64,000 nucleotides of DNA from Myxococcota bacterium. Lineage in GTDB: Bacteria; Myxococcota_A; UBA796; CAJQPC01. The DNA lies in NCBI GenBank assembly GCA_036012755.1, contig DASCPX010000129.1:32001-96000 (forward strand), written 5' to 3'. A program made the position numbers and the translations under genes. Below, piece after piece: positions 63,130-64,000 of this stretch. The notes under the pieces were generated by a model. That model searched no databases, had not been told where the DNA came from, and saw only the letters and a program-made list of their open reading frames with translations. Positions within the stretch are counted from its first letter, which is position 1, and each line of letters begins with the position of its first letter.

Positions 63130-64000
63130 GCATGCTTCGCGTCGGCCTGGACCTTCGCGAGATCCGACGCGGTGAGGAGGTCTTCGCTCTCAGCCCCCAG
63201 GAGGTAGCGATCCTCCAGCTGCTCAGCGAGTCCGGAGGCCGGCCGGTGGAGCGAGCGGTGCTGCTCACAGAGGCCCTCGGGTACCGGGCAGGAATCGAGA
63301 CCCGCGCCCTGGATCACGCAGTGACCCGGCTGCGCCGGAAGCTGGGCGATCCCTCCAGCCTCCCGAGCGTCTACGGGGTCGGCTACCGGCTCGTCTTCCA
63401 GGCGGAGGACGAGGATCTCATCGGGCGGAGCGAGCTGCTCGCCGAGCTGCGTCGGGCCACGGGGGTCGTGCTGCTGCTCGGACCCGGGGGCATGGGAAAG
63501 ACGCGGCTGGCTCGAGCTCTGGGGGCGGAGATCTGGTGCGACCTGAAGGCCTGTCGGGACGACGGGGCGATGCGCGATGCCCTGGCAGGCACCCTCGACA
63601 CGACCTTGGCGATCGAGCGAGTGCTGGCCCGGCGTGGGGCTCAGACGCTGGTGCTCGACAACTTCGAGCAGCTCGATGGCGCTGCGTGGGGACATCGAGG
63701 GTGCGCTCCGGCTGGCCTCGGCCGCTCTGGTCGAGGTGGACGCCGGCGGCGCCACGGCCATGCGTGCCCCGGTTCTCAGCGGTCTCGCGGCCTTCGCCCT
63801 GGAGGCAGGAGACGCCGAGAGGGCCCGCGGCTACCTGGAGCGCGCCCGAGAGCTCGGGGGCTCCCGCAACACGCTCCATCGGCTGCACCTCGTCCACGCC
63901 CTGGCCCACGTGGACCTCGCGGCGGGCAGCTTCGATGCGGCGATCGAAGGCTTCCGTAGTGTCGCGACAGAGGCGGCGGAGGTCGGGGAGGAGCGCCTGG
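63126..64000 (+). pseudogene. OmpR-type wHTH + STAND ATPase + TPR regulator, interrupted near 63680; runs off the window
   Basis: RALDHAVTRLRRKL..VYGVGYRL, LIGR, GPGGMGKTRLA, LVLDNFEQ. Sequence then continues in another frame as TPR-like helices (LRGDIEGALRLA..GDAERARGYLERAREL..GSFDAAIEGF). Confidence 0.65.

Overview
High-GC bacterial chromosomal window, most consistent with a Myxococcota-like organism (MYXO-CTERM-type sorting signals, thrombospondin-repeat surface proteins, many lipoproteins, sigma54 promoters). It is mostly housekeeping and envelope genes (partial sat, bioA, thiolase, 3-hydroxyacyl-CoA dehydrogenase, pckA, mdh, gpmI, ltaE, fused E1 alpha/beta, 5'-nucleotidase), plus a vapBC-type pair, a 178-bp MITE and several frameshifted genes. 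It also carries two paralogous operons, each pairing a giant acidic thrombospondin-like surface protein with an outer-membrane beta-barrel partner. The standout feature is a ~1.14-kb non-coding element (59129-60263) that looks like a large structured RNA I cannot assign to a known family. It has a sigma54-type promoter, long-range 5'/3' end pairing, many GNRA/UUCG-capped hairpins, an internally repeated motif and its own terminator. It lies beside a degenerate STAND-like NTPase gene and a multi-winged-helix protein gene. All calls come from reading the sequence by eye; no searches or folding programs were run.
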